Shown piece after piece: positions 1-9,095 of a stretch of DNA of 64,000 bases (position 1 is its first letter; each line of letters starts with the position of its first letter). The notes under the pieces are model-generated. The model was not told the origin of the DNA and made no database searches. It saw nothing but the letters and a program-made list of their open reading frames with translations. Both the position numbers and the translations under genes were made by a program. Source of the stretch: Candidatus Parcubacteria bacterium (lineage in GTDB: Bacteria; Patescibacteriota; Minisyncoccia; Minisyncoccales; JAGLUP01); contig JAGLUP010000006.1 of assembly GCA_023134715.1 (NCBI GenBank), positions 74,653 to 138,652 of the forward strand. Direction: 5' to 3'.

Positions 1-326
1 TCTTTTAAAACTTTACCCGTAGAAGAAAATTCCTGCCAAATTTCTTTTTCTTCTTCAATAATTTCTCCGGAAATAACTCCTTCTTGGCCTATAATAATCT
101 TTTCTTCAAAACTTATGGCTTCTGTCTCAGGCCAAATCTCAAAATTAAACTCAATAAAAACAAAATTAGCGAAAATTACAAATAAAAAGACAAAAAGCCC
201 AATTAAAACAAAAACAGCTCTTCTTTTCCCAGATTTTTTTCTTGGTTTTTTTGTCTTTGTCTTTATGTTTTCCCTCAAAGAAACTTCTTCTTTCGGGGGA
301 ATTATATCAAAAATTTTCTTCGCCAT
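1..326 (-). CDS. hypothetical membrane-anchored protein, N-terminal part (gene runs off the window start)
   Basis: Hand translation from ATG at 324-326 gives MAKKIFDIIPPKEEVSLRENIKTKTKKPRKKSGKRRAVFVLIGLFVFLFVIFANFVF... It has a basic N-terminus then one hydrophobic helix, with no in-frame stop down to position 1. It is absent from the ORF track only because it has no stop in the window. Confidence 0.5.
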   Translation of the reverse strand, partial: MAKKIFDIIPPKEEVSLRENIKTKTKKPRKKSGKRRAVFVLIGLFVFLFVIFANFVFIEFNFEIWPETEAISFEEKIIIGQEGVISGEIIEEEKEIWQEFSSTGKVLK

Positions 327-362
327 CTTTGAAATATAGTTTATTAAATAATATTAGAAAAA

Positions 363-482
363 GAAAACGCAGGAAACAAATTTTGAAATCGTGGGGCCCC
401 CTCCTTTTCGCGCTTGCGCAAAAGGAGGGGGTAGGGCGCAGTTAGGGGGAAACGATTTCAAAATTTCGTTTTCGAAGTTTTC
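363..482 (-). repeat. nested-hairpin intergenic element, copy A (type 1)
   Basis: Outer inverted arms are GAAAACGCAGGAAACAAATTTTGAAATCGT and ACGATTTCAAAATTTCGTTTTCGAAGTTTTC. They enclose a GC-rich inner hairpin (CCCCCTCCTTTTCGCGC/GCGCAAAAGGAGGGGG) and GTAGGGCGCAGTTAGGGGG. Same family as 6100, 6977, 18202, 36305 and 40629. Confidence 0.85.
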
Positions 483-2242
483 TTACTAAGCACTGCTTTT
501 ATTCTTCTGATGCCTGCGCCGGATGATTGTTCTTTGATTATCTTAAAAACTCCAAGTTCGCCAGTTTTCTTAACATGAGGACCGGCGCAAATTTCTTTGG
601 AAAAATCTTGAATTGAATAAACCTTTACTATTTCTGGATATTTTTCTTTAAAAAAAGATAACGCTCCTGATTTAATCGCCTCATCTAACGGCATTTCCTT
701 TTCTATTATAATCAAATTTTGTTTAATTTTCTGATTAACAATTTCTTCAACTTTTTTCATTTGTTCAGAAGTCATTTTTTCTGAATGAGAAAAATCAAAA
801 CGAAGCCGCTCTGAATTTATATCTGAACCCATTTGTTTTACATTACTGCCTAAAACATCGCGCAAAGCTTGATGTAAAAGATGAGTGGCTGTATGAAGCT
901 GAGGACTAATTTCCCCGCCCCCTCCAAATTTCTTTTTTACTCCTGCCCGAGAAATCTCCTGGTGTTTCTTTAACTCTTTCTCAAATCCTTTCTCATCTAC
1001 TTTAAGTCCTTTCTCTTCTGCCAATTCTTTCGTCATCTCTAAAGGAAATCCATAACTCTGATAAAGATTAAAAACAATATTTCCTGGAATAATTTTGAAT
1101 TTTATAGCTTGAGTTTTAAATTCTTTCAACCCTTTTGCCAACGCTTTGCTGAATTTTTCGCTTTCATCCTGAATTACTGTTATTATGTCTGTTTCCTTTG
1201 TTTTAATTTCTGGATATACTATTCCGTAAATACTTATTATCTCTTTAATTAAATCAGCATACCAATTTTTTGACAAATTTAAAAGTTTTGCATGTCTAAT
1301 CGCTCTTCGTAAAATTCGCCTCAAAATATATCCCCTATCAACATTACTCGGCAAAACTCCATCAGCAATTAAAAAAACAGAGCCCCTAATATGGTCAGCA
1401 ATTATTCTGTAGTTTGTAGTTTGTAGTTTGTGGTTTGTAGAAGAACTTTTTTCTATACTCTCTATTAACGGCAGGAATAAATCGGTTTCATAGCTTGATG
1501 ATTTTTGTTGTAAAATAGCGACTAATCTCTCAAATCCAATCCCTGTATCCACGTTCTTCTGTGGTAATAGAATATATTTATATTTTGGATTTTGGATTTT
1601 TTTATGGTATTCCATAAAAACCAAGTTCCAGATCTCTACAAAACGACCGCAATCGCAATTAGGCCCGCATCCCTTAATACTGCACTTGCCTTTGCTGAAT
1701 TTTCTGCCTTTATCATAATGTATTTCCGAACAAGGGCCGCATGGACCAATCTCGCCTGCGGGTCCCCAAAAATTATCCTCCATTCCAAATTCAAAAATCC
1801 GCTTATTGGGAATACCATTATCCTGCCAAATTTTTATAGATTCTTTATCTTTTGGAATTTCGTTTTTGCCTTTAAATACTGTTATGTATAATTTTTCTTT
1901 GTCTAATTTGCACTCATTTAATAAAAACTCCAGCGCCCATTTCACTGCTTCCTCCTTAAAATAATCTCCAAATGACCAATTGCCAAGCATTTCAAAAAAA
2001 GTATGATGAGTATCATCCCCCACCTCCTCAATGTCTGGAGTGCGAAAACATTTTTGAACCGAGCAGACGCGACTATAATGAGATTTTATTTTGCCTGAAA
2101 GCTCGGGCGTAAATTGCTGCATTCCAGCAGTAGTTAAAAGAACCGATTCATCGTCGGGAACAAGAGAGCTTGAGCCAACAATTTTATGCCCTCTCTTTTT
2201 AAAAAAATCTAAAAACTTTTGCCTTAGTTCAAACGAAGTCAT
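458..2242 (-). CDS. alaS: alanine--tRNA ligase, short form lacking the C-Ala domain
   Basis: 594-aa ORF with N-terminus MTSFELRQKFLDFFKKRGHKIV and the GPCGPCSEIHYD core. Editing-domain motifs HTATHLLHQALRDVLG and CAGPHV are present. The last 8 codons and the stop lie inside hairpin element A. Confidence 0.9.
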   Translation of the reverse strand: MTSFELRQKFLDFFKKRGHKIVGSSSLVPDDESVLLTTAGMQQFTPELSGKIKSHYSRVCSVQKCFRTPDIEEVGDDTHHTFFEMLGNWSFGDYFKEEAVKWALEFLLNECKLDKEKLYITVFKGKNEIPKDKESIKIWQDNGIPNKRIFEFGMEDNFWGPAGEIGPCGPCSEIHYDKGRKFSKGKCSIKGCGPNCDCGRFVEIWNLVFMEYHKKIQNPKYKYILLPQKNVDTGIGFERLVAILQQKSSSYETDLFLPLIESIEKSSSTNHKLQTTNYRIIADHIRGSVFLIADGVLPSNVDRGYILRRILRRAIRHAKLLNLSKNWYADLIKEIISIYGIVYPEIKTKETDIITVIQDESEKFSKALAKGLKEFKTQAIKFKIIPGNIVFNLYQSYGFPLEMTKELAEEKGLKVDEKGFEKELKKHQEISRAGVKKKFGGGGEISPQLHTATHLLHQALRDVLGSNVKQMGSDINSERLRFDFSHSEKMTSEQMKKVEEIVNQKIKQNLIIIEKEMPLDEAIKSGALSFFKEKYPEIVKVYSIQDFSKEICAGPHVKKTGELGVFKIIKEQSSGAGIRRIKAVLSKKTSKTKF

Positions 2243-2433
2243 TTTTCCATTGCTTCTCTTTTTAACGCTTCTTCGTATTCTCGAGCGGTTCTTGTAATAT
2301 CTCTCGCAAGTGACTGCATTTTTTGGTCTATCTCGCGTATTTTTTTCTCAAATTCTTGTTTTTCTCTTTCTAATTTTTCTATGTCGTCTTGAATTTTTTC
2401 TTGTTTATTTTTTATTTCTTGACTTTTTGACAT
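2239..2433 (-). CDS. small coiled-coil protein (hypothetical)
   Basis: 64-aa K/E-rich heptad-like ORF. Its stop overlaps the alaS start (ATGA) and it fills the mnmA-alaS gap. Confidence 0.45.
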   Translation of the reverse strand: MSKSQEIKNKQEKIQDDIEKLEREKQEFEKKIREIDQKMQSLARDITRTAREYEEALKREAMEK

Positions 2434-2487
2434 AATTTTTGTTAATTAAATTAATCTTCCTCGACCAATTATATTATAACTTATTAA

Positions 2488-3522
2488 TTATAAACTGACA
2501 ATCACTCCCCCGCCTAAAAGCTCATCTTTTTGATAAAAAACTGCTGATTGGCCGGGAGTAATCGCCATCTGCGGTTTATTAAAAACAACTTTATATCTTT
2601 TATTCTTTTTTATTACTGCCAAAACGGCCTTATGCCTATATCTTATCTTAACTTTAATTTTTAAGGGCAGATTAGTATCTTTACCGGAAATCCAATTTAT
2701 ATTTTTAACTATCAATTCTTTATTATATAAATCTTTTTCATTCTTGGTAATAATTAAATGATTTCTCCTTATATCTTTGGCTAAAACATAATAGGGACCC
2801 CCGCTAAATCCCAAACCCCTTCTCTGTCCAATAGTATAAAATGCCAAACCATTGTGTTCGCCCATTATTTTCCCCTTGATATCAATAATTAAGCCTGGTT
2901 TTTGTTTAATATAATTTTTTAGAAAATCATTTGTTGTTTTTGGAATAAAACAAATTTCCTGCGAGCCAGAACTCTTATATGTTGGAAGATTAAATTTCTT
3001 TGCCAAACTTTTTACTTGCTTTCTTGTATAATTCCCCAAAGGAAATAAGACCTTTTTAAGCTGTCTCTGTTTTAAGCCCCACAAAAAATATGTCTGGTCT
3101 TTTTCCCTATCTTTCGCTTTCAAAATCTTATAATCGCTTATTCGCGCGTAATGGCCGGTAGCAAGAAAATCAAATTTGACTTTTGCTTGCCTCAATTTTT
3201 TAAACAAAATTCCAAACTTAATTTCCTTGTTGCAAACCACGCAGGGATTTGGCGTTGTTCCCGCCTTATATTCTTTTAAAAAATAATCAATTACTTTTTT
3301 CTGAAATTCTTTTCTTAAATCTAAGACCAAAAAAGGAATTCCTAAAACTTCAGCGATTTTTCTGGCTCTTTTTTCCGCTTGCTCAAACTGCGGCAAATCA
3401 CAAAGCTTCATAAAAACCCCTTCAACTTCAAAATCCTGTTTCTTCAACAGAGCCGCCGCCACAGACGAATCAATCCCGCCAGATAAAGCAATCACCACCT
3501 TTTGTTTTTTTAACAAATTCAT
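2488..3522 (-). CDS. mnmA: tRNA 2-thiouridine(34) synthase MnmA
   Basis: PP-loop VVIALSGGIDSSVAAALL, PNPCVVCN and a typical length. The ATG at 3520-3522 is preferred to the longer track start. Confidence 0.9.
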   Translation of the reverse strand: MNLLKKQKVVIALSGGIDSSVAAALLKKQDFEVEGVFMKLCDLPQFEQAEKRARKIAEVLGIPFLVLDLRKEFQKKVIDYFLKEYKAGTTPNPCVVCNKEIKFGILFKKLRQAKVKFDFLATGHYARISDYKILKAKDREKDQTYFLWGLKQRQLKKVLFPLGNYTRKQVKSLAKKFNLPTYKSSGSQEICFIPKTTNDFLKNYIKQKPGLIIDIKGKIMGEHNGLAFYTIGQRRGLGFSGGPYYVLAKDIRRNHLIITKNEKDLYNKELIVKNINWISGKDTNLPLKIKVKIRYRHKAVLAVIKKNKRYKVVFNKPQMAITPGQSAVFYQKDELLGGGVIVSL

Positions 3523-3581
3523 TAAATCAATATACCATAAAAAAAGACCCAAGAGAATTATCTCCCAGGCACATTGCTTTA

Positions 3582-4436
3582 TTATAGTCCTAACTCGGCT
3601 CTCAATATGTCTTTTCCCTCTTCTTTCCTACGGCTCAAAATCTCTGCAGCTATTTCAACAATCTTTGGATGCGCGCTGTTAAGCTTGACCTGAAGTTCTT
3701 CTACAGATAATTCATACATTCTATGTCTGACAACGTAAAAGGCCTTCTCGGCAATTACAGAACCACCATCTAATTGAAGCAAAAGCTCTTTGTCTGTCCA
3801 GTGTTTCATTCTTGCTTTTATTGCATTTAATGCGTACATACTAACAGGGTTTTTTCCTTTGGTTGCTTCCTTAATAAGCGCTTTATCAATTTCCCTATTA
3901 GACAAAGAATATTTTTCGAACAAACATGTTATCTCTTCTTGAACACTTTCATCTTTGTCTTTTAGCGCTTTAATAAGCGCTTTACGAACGTTCTTAGTAT
4001 CTTCTGTAGTTACCTTAACAAGCTTGTTTGCCGCTGTTCTTTTAACACCTGCGTCTTTATCCTTCTTTAATACATGAATAAATGCTTTGACAGCATCTTT
4101 TCTGTCTATCTTTAATGCTCTTGCCGCCGCTCTTCTAACCCTAAAACATTCGCTTTTTTTCAAAATATGGATAATCACTTCTTCTTGTTCAGGATTCAAA
4201 TCTCTTTGCTCTATTTCTGATAAAACTAATCTTTTTACGCCAGAATCACTGTTGGATAACGCCTCCGTTAAAGATATTGTAAACATAGACGATAAAATTT
4301 TATCAACATCTTTTACAGATATAGTATTTTTATATTCACCCAAAACTATATCTCTATCGCCTCCTGTCATTGTTGCCAACAACTCAATTTTTTTAATTTC
4401 CTTTTCAATCTTATCTTTTGATTCATTCATTTTCAT
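3582..4436 (-). CDS. HEAT-repeat protein
   Basis: Repeated ~30-aa helical units such as VRRAAARALKIDRKDAV and GVKRTAANKLVKV. An AGAGG RBS lies upstream. Confidence 0.5.
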   Translation of the reverse strand: MKMNESKDKIEKEIKKIELLATMTGGDRDIVLGEYKNTISVKDVDKILSSMFTISLTEALSNSDSGVKRLVLSEIEQRDLNPEQEEVIIHILKKSECFRVRRAAARALKIDRKDAVKAFIHVLKKDKDAGVKRTAANKLVKVTTEDTKNVRKALIKALKDKDESVQEEITCLFEKYSLSNREIDKALIKEATKGKNPVSMYALNAIKARMKHWTDKELLLQLDGGSVIAEKAFYVVRHRMYELSVEELQVKLNSAHPKIVEIAAEILSRRKEEGKDILRAELGL

Positions 4437-4478
4437 TACCTCTTTAGTATATTTATTTTTTAATTTTATTCTAACTAA

Positions 4479-4506
4479 ATTCTACACTAAAAACACAAAA
4501 TGTCAA
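4479..4506 (-). promoter_or_regulatory. sigma70-type promoter for the HEAT-repeat gene
   Basis: Minus strand reads TTGACA (4501-4506), a 16-nt spacer, then TAGAAT (4479-4484). Confidence 0.55.
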
Positions 4507-4522
4507 TAAAATTTTATAAATC

Positions 4523-4538
4523 ATCTGCGGCCGCAGAT
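4523..4538 (-). terminator. GC palindrome hairpin after the YkuK-like gene
   Basis: Perfect 16-bp palindrome ATCTGCGGCCGCAGAT, followed on the minus strand by a U-rich tract. Confidence 0.5.
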
Positions 4539-4576
4539 CGTTTATAATAATTTTGAAAAATGACAACCTGAAAAAT

Positions 4577-5098
4577 CTATGTAAATCTGTCTGCGACTAT
4601 TGAGGCGACGCAGGCCTCTGGTTTTATTTTTGGCTCAAAACCATTGCCTCTAATCAAGCCGACCACTTCCTTAATCATATCCTTGGTCCCCCCATTCTCC
4701 CCCACATCAGCATGAATATAGCGAAACTGATAATTTAATTTTTCTTTCTCCCTTTTTTTAATCTCTTGAGCTAAAAACTCTCTCAGACAAAGAGCCAGTT
4801 CGCAGGAAAGTAAAACTTCTTCTAAAATTCGCTGATGCCGATTATAAAATTTTTTCTCTGGATTATTTTTATAATTTATTCTCTTTAGAAAAAACCTGCC
4901 CCCTTCTCCTGTCCTTAAGGCAACTATTACTACTGGAAACTGAGGATTTTCTTCTGACGATGAATCACAGCCCACAATAATATCATAAAACTTATCTGGT
5001 TTTTCTTCCATATATCTAAATATCTCCTGAATAACCTGCTCCAATACTAAATTTCCTTTACTGGGATTAAAAAAATAACCGTTTAAAAACTTATTCAT
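4577..5098 (-). CDS. YkuK/DUF458-like (RNase H-like fold) protein
   Basis: FYDIIVGCDSS...FPVVIVALRTGEGGRFF resembles the YkuK family core. ATG at 5096-5098 was chosen because the track start is a TTG. Confidence 0.45.
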   Translation of the reverse strand: MNKFLNGYFFNPSKGNLVLEQVIQEIFRYMEEKPDKFYDIIVGCDSSSEENPQFPVVIVALRTGEGGRFFLKRINYKNNPEKKFYNRHQRILEEVLLSCELALCLREFLAQEIKKREKEKLNYQFRYIHADVGENGGTKDMIKEVVGLIRGNGFEPKIKPEACVASIVADRFT

Positions 5099-5153
5099 TA
5101 TCTTCACACTAACAAAAAACTCAAAAAAATCAAGATTAAAACCCGCAATCAAA

Positions 5154-5195
5154 GGAGCTTAGCTCCGGGAGCTAAGCTACAGGAGCTAAGCTCCC
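5154..5195. repeat. cluster of GGAGCT(A/T)AGCTCC palindromes
   Basis: Sequence GGAGCTTAGCTCC GGGAGCTAAGCTACAGGAGCTAAGCTCCC. The same word family recurs at 21838-21882 and, degenerate, at 21299-21335. Confidence 0.8.
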
Positions 5196-5204
5196 TCGGT
5201 TTAA

Positions 5205-5235
5205 TCTAAAATAAAATCCCGCAAAATTCTGCGAG
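5205..5235 (-). terminator. intrinsic terminator after the DUF92 gene
   Basis: Minus-strand RNA CUCGCA-GAAUUU-UGCGGG followed by AUUUUAUUUU. Confidence 0.6.
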
Positions 5236-5248
5236 ATTATTCCATTGC

Positions 5249-6013
5249 TTAAATTAGACAAATATACAACACTATTGCTGAACATCCGGCAATAAAAGTT
5301 GTTGTAAAATTTATCCAGTGGGTGGTATTCTTATTCCCCCACTCTCTTTCTATGGTGCAGCCAAGCAAACTGTCTATCGCAGCTCCTGCAAATCCAGCAA
5401 AAGAGCAAATTAAAAATACTGTAAATGAATATCCCCAAAACAATAAAGGTAAACTCATTATTTCAGAACCGATTAAAGAAGACAAAAATCCCCCTAAGCT
5501 TACAGCTCCAGCAGTTCCAATTTCAACTTCCTCAATTCTTAATTTTCTAAAATCAAACAAAACTGGTAGTTGCTTCAACTTAATCGCTACAGCCATCCCT
5601 ATCTCTGTAGCTGAAGTATCTGCTAAAGCGCAAGTCATTGCCGCCCATAATCCTATAAGCCAAATAGGATCGGGATACGCTATATGAAACAATCCAAATA
5701 TCATTGCCGCGCCGCCGTTAGCAAAAACATTTTTATAATCCCTCGTCTCCTGTCCTATGTTCTTTTTTTCTTTTTTCGCTTTTCCAATGCGAGTAACGAT
5801 ATTTCCGAAAACAAAAAACATTAACATTGGCCACACTCCTTTAGCTCCGAAAGCAATCAAGCAAACAGAACCCTGTGCTCCAGCTGAAAATACCGCTGTT
5901 TTATCTATCTTCTTTTTATTATATGCATACAGAAGAATTGCTCCTGTCGCTATTATCAGCCCAAATACTTGCCAATCAAAAATATTTCCTATAATTTCAT
6001 CTATTTTTATCAT
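5249..6013 (-). CDS. DUF92/TMEM19-family integral membrane protein
   Basis: Multi-pass hydrophobic 254-aa ORF with the VTRIGKAKKE...NVFANGG and IDSLLGCTIE motifs seen in DUF92 proteins. Confidence 0.55.
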   Translation of the reverse strand: MIKIDEIIGNIFDWQVFGLIIATGAILLYAYNKKKIDKTAVFSAGAQGSVCLIAFGAKGVWPMLMFFVFGNIVTRIGKAKKEKKNIGQETRDYKNVFANGGAAMIFGLFHIAYPDPIWLIGLWAAMTCALADTSATEIGMAVAIKLKQLPVLFDFRKLRIEEVEIGTAGAVSLGGFLSSLIGSEIMSLPLLFWGYSFTVFLICSFAGFAGAAIDSLLGCTIEREWGNKNTTHWINFTTTFIAGCSAIVLYICLI

Positions 6014-6061
6014 CTTTTACCACCTCAATTATATTTAAAATTTAATATACTATAATTCTTA

Positions 6062-6089
6062 ATCCTAACAAATCTTATAAATATGTCAA
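6062..6089 (-). promoter_or_regulatory. sigma70-type promoter for the DUF92 gene
   Basis: Minus strand reads TTGACA (6084-6089), 16 nt, then TAGGAT (6062-6067). A GAGGTGG RBS precedes the ATG. Confidence 0.5.
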
Positions 6090-6099
6090 CAAAATTATA

Positions 6100-6201
6100 G
6101 AAAACGCAGAAAACAAATTTTGAAATCGTAGGTGTGGGCGAGCGCCCGAGCGAAGCGAGGGTAGGGATAAACGATTTCAAAATTTAGTTTTCGGAGTTTT
6201 C
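6100..6201 (-). repeat. nested-hairpin intergenic element, copy B (type 1, divergent core)
   Basis: GAAAACGCAGAAAACAAATTTTGAAATCGT ... ACGATTTCAAAATTTAGTTTTCGGAGTTTTC with GC-rich core GGCGAGCGCCCGAGCGAAGCGAGGGTAGGG. Confidence 0.85.
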
Positions 6202-6206
6202 GAAAC

Positions 6207-6968
6207 TCAAAATACTATTTTTACTATCTTAATAAATTCTTGAGAATTTAAAGAGGCGCCGCCTATCAAAAGCCCATTCATTCCCGCCTCATCAATAAAA
6301 TCTCTGGCATTCTTGCTTGTCACGCTTCCGCCATAAAGGATAGGAATTTTTTTTGTTAAAGATTTGCCTAAAAAAGAAATTAAAATCTTCTGAATCAACA
6401 ACTTTGCGCTCATTGCCTCATCTATTCCACAGGCCTCTCCGCTTCCAATTGCCCAAATCGGCTCATAAGCAATACAAAATCCTGATTTGCTAATTTTTGA
6501 TTTTGCCACGCCTGAAAGCGCTATTTTTATTTGTTTTTTAAAAACAGAAACAATTTTCTCCTGCTCTTTTTCTTCTCCTGTTTCTCCTATGCATAAAATT
6601 GGTTTAAGTCCTGTTTTAATAACCGCCTTTAACTTTTGATTTATCATCTCATCTGTTTCCTTAAAAATCTCCCTTCTCTCAGAATGACCGATAATAACAT
6701 ATTGACAACCTATTTTTTTAAGCATTACAGCTGAAATTTCTCCTGTAAAAGCGCCTTTTTCTTCCCAAAAACAATTCTGCGAGCCAAGCTTAATGCCTGC
6801 CGCCTGGTTTTTAATATCTGACAGATAGACAGAAGGAGGACAAATTACAACCTCTGTTCTTTTAATATTTCTCAACCCTTTTTTCACCGAACCAAAAAGC
6901 CGCTTCGCTTCTACTAAACTTTGAGGATTCATTTTCCAATTAGCAATAATAAGTGGTTTGTACTGCAT
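6207..6968 (-). CDS. tpiA: triose-phosphate isomerase
   Basis: IIANWKMN, IIGHSERR, AYEPIWAIGSG and GGASL motifs. Confidence 0.9.
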   Translation of the reverse strand: MQYKPLIIANWKMNPQSLVEAKRLFGSVKKGLRNIKRTEVVICPPSVYLSDIKNQAAGIKLGSQNCFWEEKGAFTGEISAVMLKKIGCQYVIIGHSERREIFKETDEMINQKLKAVIKTGLKPILCIGETGEEKEQEKIVSVFKKQIKIALSGVAKSKISKSGFCIAYEPIWAIGSGEACGIDEAMSAKLLIQKILISFLGKSLTKKIPILYGGSVTSKNARDFIDEAGMNGLLIGGASLNSQEFIKIVKIVF

Positions 6969-6976
6969 ATATAAAA

Positions 6977-7086
6977 GAAAACGAAAGAAATAAATTTTGA
7001 AATCGTGGGGCCCCGATAGGTGAAAGCTATCGGGGTAGGGCGCGGTTAGGGGGAAACGATTTCAAAATTTCGTTTCTGAAGTTTTC
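6977..7086 (-). repeat. nested-hairpin intergenic element, copy C (type 1)
   Basis: Outer arms as in copy A, with inner hairpin CCCCGATAG-GTGAAAG-CTATCGGGG then TAGGGCGCGGTTAGGGGG. Only 8 nt separate it from the tpiA start. Confidence 0.9.
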
Positions 7087-7091
7087 GATAT

Positions 7092-8135
7092 TTACTGTTT
7101 CCGTAAAAATTCTGCTGCTTTTTCTGGTTCAATGGTAGAAATTTCCATCCTCGTGCCAATTTCAAACCCTGCCCATGTTGATGTCTTAGGCAAAATAGTC
7201 CAGTGCCAATGATAATGAGGATATTTTTTTCCATCGCAGGGCGCGGTATGTAAATAAAAATTATAAGCTGGATCATTTAAAGCTTTATAAAGCTTAGATA
7301 AAGCCGCCCTAAAAGCTTCGGCAAGCTGTAATTTCTCTTTTTCAGTTATTTTTTCAAAATAAGAAAGATGTTTTTTAGGGGAAACAATAACTTGAAAAGC
7401 TGATTTTGAAGCAAAAGGGCAAAGAACTAAAAATCCTTTATTTTCAAAAACAATTCTTTTTTTTGTCTTTTTTTCCCATTTATTCATCTCGCAATAAACG
7501 CATTTCCTATACTTTTTATAATATTTTTTAGAATTCAAAAGCGCTTTTCTCAAATCACTGTCAATAAGAGGAGTGGTAATAATTTGAGAATGAGGATGAG
7601 CCACTGTAGCTCCCGCCTCAACTCCGTGATTATGGAAAATAGAAATATAATTTACAAATTTTTCTTTACTTAACTCTATATATCTTTGCTGGTATGCGTC
7701 AAAAACTTCTTTAACTTTGTCCAATGAAAACTGAGCCATTTGTTTTTCGTGATCACGGGTCACAAGCACTTCATGAAAACCAACTGCGTTCATTGTTTGA
7801 TATAATTTATTTTCAGCTCGTTTATTTAATTCTGGATAAGGGCTAACAGCTGGATATTTATTGGGAACCACTATTGTGCTCCATTTTTTAGGGATTTTTT
7901 CTGACAAAACCTCTCTGCTGTTTAAAAGAATAAGTGTTGGTTTTTCTTGAGTCGAAATATTGCAAAAAGGACAAAGTTTTTTTGGAATTTTTTCTTTTTT
8001 CCGCCTCTCTTTCTTAAATGTCTCTGGTCTTCTTGCCCTGCCAGTAGCAATAACAACCCAGTCCTTAGAAATAAGGTCATAACGAAGTTCTGAGGGAGAT
8101 TTTACTCCGTGATTTTTTTTTGGTCTCTTAGTCAT
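7092..8135 (-). CDS. galT: galactose-1-phosphate uridylyltransferase family (HIT-like) enzyme
   Basis: CPFC zinc motif, HPHSQI active-site motif, and the PHYHWHW second half-domain. Confidence 0.7.
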   Translation of the reverse strand: MTKRPKKNHGVKSPSELRYDLISKDWVVIATGRARRPETFKKERRKKEKIPKKLCPFCNISTQEKPTLILLNSREVLSEKIPKKWSTIVVPNKYPAVSPYPELNKRAENKLYQTMNAVGFHEVLVTRDHEKQMAQFSLDKVKEVFDAYQQRYIELSKEKFVNYISIFHNHGVEAGATVAHPHSQIITTPLIDSDLRKALLNSKKYYKKYRKCVYCEMNKWEKKTKKRIVFENKGFLVLCPFASKSAFQVIVSPKKHLSYFEKITEKEKLQLAEAFRAALSKLYKALNDPAYNFYLHTAPCDGKKYPHYHWHWTILPKTSTWAGFEIGTRMEISTIEPEKAAEFLRKQ

Positions 8136-8847
8136 AAACTCTTTTTATTAAATTCCATCTTATTTCAAAAACTTCAATTAACATCTTAATCATGCTTTTA
8201 AATCCTACTTTACTCTCTGTGTCATTTATCCAGGTTACTGGAATTTCTTTTATTTTATATCCCATTTTTTTAGCAATTGCTAAAATTTCCACATCAAAAG
8301 CAAAACGATTTATTACTGCTTTTGAAAAAATATTTTTAACCGCTTTTGCTGTAAACCCTTTGAACCCGCATTGAGTGTCCCAAATCCCGAAAAGACCGGA
8401 AATTACTTGAACAATTAAATTAAAAACATTGCCAAGCATTATCCGCCACCAGGTCTGAGGCACAGCAATCACCGCGCCCTTTATATCCCGAGAGCCGATT
8501 ACTACTTCCTGTCCTTTTTTAAATTCAGAAAATATTTTTTCTATCTGGTCAATAGAAGTTGAATTATCAGCATCAGTAAATATTCTATAATCCCCTTTTG
8601 CCTCTAGCATTCCCTGTCTAACAACATATCCCTTGCCGTGATTTTCTTTATTATCAATTAATCGCAAACATTTAATCTCCGGCTCCAGACCTTTAACAAC
8701 TTCAGCTGTTTTATCTTTTGAACCGTCGCTTACAACCAAAATTTCATAATCATAAGATTGCTTTGATAGATATTTATCAATTTCTTTTAAAGTTTTTGTT
8801 ATTCGCTTTTCCTCGTTATACGCTGGAACAATAATAGACAAGTACAT
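8128..8847 (-). CDS. family 2 glycosyltransferase (dolichyl/polyprenyl-phosphate glycosyltransferase-like)
   Basis: SIIVPAYNEE, VVSDGSKDKT and TDADNS (DxD) motifs. Confidence 0.8.
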   Translation of the reverse strand: MYLSIIVPAYNEEKRITKTLKEIDKYLSKQSYDYEILVVSDGSKDKTAEVVKGLEPEIKCLRLIDNKENHGKGYVVRQGMLEAKGDYRIFTDADNSTSIDQIEKIFSEFKKGQEVVIGSRDIKGAVIAVPQTWWRIMLGNVFNLIVQVISGLFGIWDTQCGFKGFTAKAVKNIFSKAVINRFAFDVEILAIAKKMGYKIKEIPVTWINDTESKVGFKSMIKMLIEVFEIRWNLIKRVYD

Positions 8848-8987
8848 AAATAATAAGTGATTATTGATTATTGATAAATGATTATTAATTATTGATAAAT
8901 GATTATTAATTCATTATAACAAAACAAACAAAAAAACAATAGTGAATAAGTAGAAAGTAGAAAGTAGAAAGTAAAGAAATAAAAAAC

Positions 8988-9023
8988 ATAACACATATAG
9001 CACGATCGTTGTATATGTGTTAT
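8988..9023. repeat. 36-bp CGATCG-centred palindrome, copy P1
   Basis: ATAACACATATAGCACGATCGTTGTATATGTGTTAT, preceded by (GTAGAAA)x3. Confidence 0.9.
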
Positions 9024-9095
9024 ACAATAAAATAAACATAAAAAAAGAGACGCTCGGTTTTCCCAAACGCCCTATTTTAATTCTATCTAAAAAAA

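Noticed and set aside
115-445. Two plus-strand ORFs (115..339, 242..445)
   Set aside because: The minus strand carries a more convincing partial gene (1..326) with a basic N-terminus and a TM. The second ORF is mostly a translation of hairpin element A.
7046-7276. 76-aa ORF overlapping the galT-like 3' end and hairpin element C
   Set aside because: It is out of frame within a well-supported gene and runs into repeat sequence.
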